A stretch of DNA of 63,824 nt, filler included, from Lenisia limosa (taxonomy: Eukaryota; Protista; Breviatea), in the NCBI GenBank assembly GCA_001655205.1. It is 10 parts of 10 records of this genome, joined end to end, with 100 filler letters (N's around TTAATTAATTAA, not from the genome) between each part and the next. Parts side by side here need not be neighbours in the genome. Positions count along the whole stretch, not along the records: positions 62,468 to 63,824 come from LPNZ01009001.1; 9 more parts are not named here. The stretch is one strand, 5' to 3'. Both the position numbers and the translations under genes were made by a program. The notes under the pieces were generated by a model. The model saw nothing but the letters and a program-made list of their open reading frames with translations, was not told the origin of the DNA and did no database searches. This document shows positions 62,755-63,824 of the stretch, piece by piece. Positions within the stretch are counted from its first letter, which is position 1; each line of letters opens with the position of its first letter.

Positions 62755-63824
62755 CCTGGGGGAAGAGGTGACTTTCGGAGCAGGATGATTTTCCTAAAAT
62801 GTCACAAAAAAACAAGTAAAAAAATGAGTATCAAACAAAATTGAACAAAGAATAACGAGAAAATGTCAAACAAATGTGAAATTTTGCAAATGGTTTCCAC
62901 GAAAGAGCTCAACACGTTTTGCGTGTATTAAGGTTGCAAGGGTGTGGGTGTTGTGCGAGAGTTGGGGAGGTTGTTTTCCCGCAGTAGAGAAGATATTATG
63001 AACACATAAGAGCAACAAAAGATCAGGTGAGAGATTTCACGTCTTTTGGAACAGAAAGTGAAGATCAATTGGACATGTTGGGCTTACCTGGTTTTGGATA
63101 GAGGAAAGGGATTTTGGCTTTGGTGCTCGTTTTTCTTTTTCAGCTAAGGGGGGGGGGGGNNNNNNNNNNNNNNNNNNNNNNNNNNNNNNNNNNNNNNNNN
63201 NNNNNNNNNNNNNNNNNNNNNNNNNNNNNNNNNNNNNNTGGGAAACACACAAAGGTTGAAAATAACAAAACAAACAAAACCCAGGCCAGTAGCTGCGTAT
63301 GATGTGTGTGAATAACCCTCTCATTTTATGATATTTCTGAGAACAACTCTCTCATTTCATGACACACACTCTCACATCCCCATCGCCCATCCTCAGCACC
63401 ACTATATAACACAATATCCTCTCCCCACCCTTTAGCGCGGCCCGGGCGTCGTCACGAATGGTTTTCGCTGTTTCGCGCCAGTGTTCAGCCTCGCGTCGCC
63501 AAGCCTGGGGGGTGTGACTTGGGGAAGAGGATGGGATGATTTGAGGTAGGGATGAGTAAAGGCGGAAGTTATTATCGTGCTGTAGGTGGGGGTTAAAGTC
63601 CCATTTTTAACAACCTATATTTTCAAAAAAATACACCATATATGAATAAAGCCCCAGACAACAAACCTTGCTATCCGACTTGTGCCGCAAGATTTCGGCT
63701 TGGAGGAACTCCTCACGAGCCCCTGAGGCACCCGGGGGAATAACCTGGGGAGGGGGATAAAAATGGGAGTTTTATGTCCGGACCAGCAGAGAGTTCAAGG
63801 GATAAGGAACAAATGTCAAAGAAT
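62755..63824 (-). CDS. Internal exons of a coiled-coil protein
   Basis: VIPPGASGAREEFLQAEIL, AWRREAEHWRETAKTIRDDARAALK, AEKEKRAPKPKSLSSIQNQ, each bounded by AG/GT. Confidence 0.5.
63240..63298 (-). repeat. Family C fragment before gap and acceptor
   Basis: ACTGGCCTGGGTTTTGTTTGTTTTGTTATTTTCAACC. Confidence 0.7.

Noticed and set aside
3946-63139. G homopolymers beside gaps as telomeric or G-quadruplex arrays
   Set aside because: They are short, non-periodic and tied to intron ends; their true lengths are unknowable from this assembly. They are treated only under the intron G/C finding.
1299-63324. Most ORFs in the supplied six-frame track
   Set aside because: They run through N gaps, introns or antisense low-complexity exons; genes here are only interpretable after splicing.

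Overview
Intron-rich eukaryotic (probably protist) genomic DNA. It is a scaffold of about 10 contigs joined by artificial 100-bp linkers (N44-TTAATTAATTAA-N44), with many extra gaps beside G/C homopolymers. Spliced by eye, it holds about 20 gene models with GT-AG introns. Recognisable ones are CPSF73/YSH1, an Elongin-A-like gene, RRP45/EXOSC9, a CCP1-like ARM plus cytosolic carboxypeptidase gene, the 3' part of glucosamine-6-phosphate deaminase, an ankyrin protein, an ARM protein with a HECTD1-like beta-sandwich end, an NPF/DPF endocytic adaptor, a decayed pogo/CENP-B-type transposase and an intronic tRNA-Gly(GCC). At least four small repeat families sit mainly in introns. Family A is a ~99-bp TAGGG-terminal MITE with 8-bp target duplications (hAT-like). 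Family B is a hairpin-rich ~130-bp element. Family C is a ~130-bp repeat that lies host-sense in all ten scored copies, usually at the intron 3' end; three copies are flanked by a duplication of the splice acceptor plus the first exon bases. Family D is a 60-bp fold-back. Family C, a candidate splice-acceptor-targeting element, is the most novel signal. A retroelement-like remnant also lies head-to-head ~50 bp upstream of the tRNA. All calls come from manual reading and remembered family motifs; no searches were run, and boundaries near gaps are approximate.
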